Shown piece after piece: positions 52,241-54,839 of a stretch of DNA of 54,839 bases (position 1 is its first letter; each line of letters begins with the position of its first letter). Below the pieces are notes generated by a model. The model had not been told where the DNA came from. It searched no databases and saw only the letters and a list, made by a program, of their open reading frames with translations. The stretch comes from Basidiobolus meristosporus CBS 931.73 (lineage: Eukaryota > Fungi > Basidiobolomycota), in NCBI GenBank assembly GCA_002104905.1, contig MCFE01000595.1:1-54839 (forward strand), in the 5' to 3' direction. The position numbers and the translations under genes were made by a program.

Positions 52241-54478
52241 GGTTAGGGGGAGGGAAAGTCACCAAGTTGGTGAAATCTTTATTTGAGTTAAGAACTAATC
52301 TAGATACAAATAAAGAAGCCAATTAAGAGGTCTAGAACCTCTCTAATAAGTAATCTAATTTATGTTTTGTTTCATCTCTAATGTTTGTTTCAATAAAGTA
52401 AAGCTCATTGGGGGTAAATATAAAATTCAGAGGTTTTGGGGGAAGTACAAATTGTAGATGTTTCTGATCAATATAATCCAAGACTGGAACCCATCCTGGG
52501 ATTAGGTGTAGTAGGAAAGGTGTGTGGACTTGTAAGTATCTCTGCCACATAGATCTTAGATGGTCCTGAGCCAGTAGTCTTGGTTTCTCAGCTTTTTGAA
52601 GTTTTGAAGCAAGCTCTGTTGCTACAGCAGAGCCAACCAGGGTGTGCCAGCAAGAAGATTTCAGGGAGGAGTTAGATTGAAGCCATTGTTTGATGGAGGG
52701 GTTATGTGATTTCTGAAGTTTGACTAGGAAGGAAGCACAGAGATAGACCATTTGGATTTGGTATGGGTAGAAGCCAAAGGCTCCATCAGTTGCATGGATA
52801 TAGGGAGATACTGGAAGATAAGGTACCAAGGATCTGATACACTGATGGAGAAGTTTATCCAGGCGGTGAAGTTCTCTGGAGGTTAGGGGTATAATGTGGA
52901 GACCAAATCAAGTACCGGCAGTACATACTGCTTCAGAAGTATAGGGATCTTTTGAATTGGAGTGTCTGGAGTGACTACTATCAGAAGCTTTTTGAGAGCC
53001 TGCTGGGCAAGACGGATCCTATTATTCAGGTGGAGCTTTGAGTCAATCCCATGTTGACAAAATGGCAGACCTAGATATATTGCAGTTTGTTGTGGCAGAA
53101 TGCTAGTGTTCTGTATAGTTGTAGTGCATCCAATTGGGACTGTCTTGGAAATTGAGAGTGAGAGGTTGTTGGCAGCCAAGTACTTCTCAATGATGGCAGT
53201 GTCTGCTATGGGATTAGGAGTAGGAATCTTGATATCATCTGCATTGATAGTTAGTAGTGGATAGGGAGAGTCTGGTGAGGGGCCTTTTGGAAATAAAGGA
53301 AAGTTGTGTAGGAACATCACAAATAGTAAGGGACCTAGTACAGATCCTTGGACTACTCCATTTGGAACCTCATAAGTCTCTGATGTACAAGTTGGATGCA
53401 AAATTTTGGCTGAGCTCTCACAAAATAGAGAATGTACAAGAAGGGTCATTGGTAGTGTGGTAACTGCTAATAGCTTTCTCCAAAGCAGAGCTCTGTCCAC
53501 AGAGTCAAAGGCTTTAGTAATGTCAAACAGAATGGTTGGCAATGAGAATTGAAGTGAATGATCATGGCTTAGCACTACAGCCATATCCAAGGAGAGTTTG
53601 GGCAAGAAGCCAAACTGAGAAGGATGGAATGGATATAGTTGAGATTGCAAGGATCTTGCTATTATAAGCTCAAAGATTTTCCGGCAGGTTGGTAGGAGCA
53701 AAACTGGCCAGTAAGAACCTGGGAGTGAGTGTTTCCCCTTCCCTTTGTATAAGGGTATTACATTTGCCTGTGACCAGGCCTTTGGGGTAGTCAATTGTTG
53801 GGCACAGATAGAGTAGAATGGGAGAAGTAAGTGACTCATTTTGGAGTAGCACACCCGGAGTAGATTGTAGGTAATCAAGTCATGTCCAGGTGCAGTATTT
53901 GCAGGAAGCTTCTTTAAAATTTTCTCCAGAAGCTTTCCTGAAACCAAAATTGGAGATGTTGGACTGCTAGATATGTTACCAGTATGGTAAAAAGGAGGAG
54001 TAGGATGCACGGTTGAATCAAAGAATATAGGGGCCAGTTTGTCTGGTGATGGTATACTCCTTGCTTGGGGTCTCATGGCTATGTATACTCTTGATATGGA
54101 CCTTGTGGTGGCATTCATATTTACTAAGGGCAAGGTATCCATGATATGAGCTCATAATCTAGTATGCTCAGTGATCTGTAGTGACTTGGAGTAGGAGATT
54201 GCGCTTTCCAGGAGGTTCTGTGTTTTTGGGTTAGGGAAACATAGGTAGCTGGAATTTAAGGCAGAAATGATGGATTTCCATTTAAGTTGGTTTGCAGATG
54301 GCTTTTGGTAGGACTTGGTGGGCAGGGCCAGACAGCCAGTGATTATGATGAAATGCTGGTAAAATAGCCATAATGCATTTACATCATCACAAATCCATGC
54401 AGGTAAGCTGGGAAATGCATATTCTGTAAGCAAGGATAGGTAGTTGGCAAAGTCCTGTGTCTGTGATACTGAAGCTTT
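52241..54478 (-). mobile_element. Telomere-associated non-LTR-type RT element, family C: truncated upstream ORF (54478-54152) + RT ORF (54142-52332, 1-nt frameshift near 52905)
   Basis: TAPGHD, QFGF, DITKAFDSV, GVVQGSVLGPLLF, NADD; C-terminal part (52829-52332) aligns with the family A C-terminus (WQRYLQVHTPF vs WQQYLQQHTPF); 3' double hairpin + CCCCCTAACC. Confidence 0.88.
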
Positions 54479-54639
54479 GGGTTAGGGGGAGACAGTCACC
54501 AACAGGTGAAATCTTTATTTCAGTTGAAACAAAGAAGCCAGTGCTACTGTTGTAGCTTTGATACAAGAGTGTGTAGCTGAGGGGAATTTGTAGGTAAGTT
54601 AATAAGAAGTGATGATAGTTCTTCAGTGCTCAAGACACT
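54479..54639 (-). mobile_element. Terminal 160-bp 3'-end copy of family A, directly capped by telomere
   Basis: Identical to ~49763-49923 from the TTAGGGGG junction onward except one C/T difference (49871 vs 54587). Confidence 0.92.
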
Positions 54640-54839
54640 TAGGGGTTAGGGTTAGGGTTAGGGTTAGGGTTAGGGTTAGGGTTAGGGTTAGGGTTAGGGT
54701 TAGGGTTAGGGTTAGGGTTAGGGTTAGGGTTAGGGTTAGGGTTAGGGTTAGGGTTAGGGTTAGGGTTAGGGTTAGGGTTAGGGTTAGGGTTAGGGTTAGG
54801 GTTAGGGTTAGGGTTAGGGTTAGGGTTAGGGTTAGGGTT
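54640..54839 (+). repeat. Telomere (TTAGGG)n, about 33 units, first unit with four G
   Basis: Perfect TTAGGG array from 54646 to the window end. Confidence 0.98.

Noticed and set aside
49828-54142. Assignment of the telomeric RTs to Penelope-like Athena/Coprina or to telomerase
   Set aside because: The motifs (QFGF, DITKAFDSV, GVVQGSVLGP) are non-LTR/LINE type rather than PLE or TERT type; formal placement needs a phylogeny.
52881-54236. Internal telomere-like words GGTTAGGGG (52881-52889) and GGGTTAGGG (54228-54236) in element C
   Set aside because: Both lie in continuous reading frames (Pro-Leu-Thr and Phe-Pro-Asn-Pro codons) with no junction or hairpin next to them; compatible with chance.
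54640-54839. CRISPR-like or satellite interpretation of repeats in the window
   Set aside because: The terminal array is plain TTAGGG; no repeat-spacer array, tRNA or rRNA was recognised anywhere in the window.

Overview
Eukaryotic chromosome end from an intron-containing fungus, most likely an early-diverging zygomycete-grade lineage (inference; the species cannot be named from the sequence). Left to right: (i) 1-8.4 kb, a tandem array of at least 4 near-identical secreted GH18 chitinase genes with a C-terminal CBM5/12-type chitin-binding module, whose spacers have no alignable similarity; (ii) 9.4-11.6 kb, a CpG-free, rearranged Ty1/copia relic; (iii) 12-45 kb, a gene-dense block: oligopeptidase B, XRN2/Rat1, Skp1-like, UBTD-like, RPN2, Wee1-like kinase, 4CL-like acyl-CoA synthetase, ARV1, HMMR-like coiled coil, RPL31, PA-TM-RING ligase, DBP9, MIC26/27-like; (iv) 45.6-48.2 kb, a chitinase pseudogene, a Cys-rich gene relic and LTR scraps; (v) 48.25-54.64 kb, a polarised head-to-tail stack of five 5'-truncated units, two carrying a LINE-type reverse transcriptase with no visible endonuclease. 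Each unit ends on its RNA strand in the same two-hairpin structure followed by a C-rich tail, which is CCCCCTAA (telomere-complementary, or a longer C run plus TAA) in four of the five. The stack is capped by (TTAGGG)n at 54640-54839. This telomere-appended retroelement system is the main candidate for an undescribed biological system.
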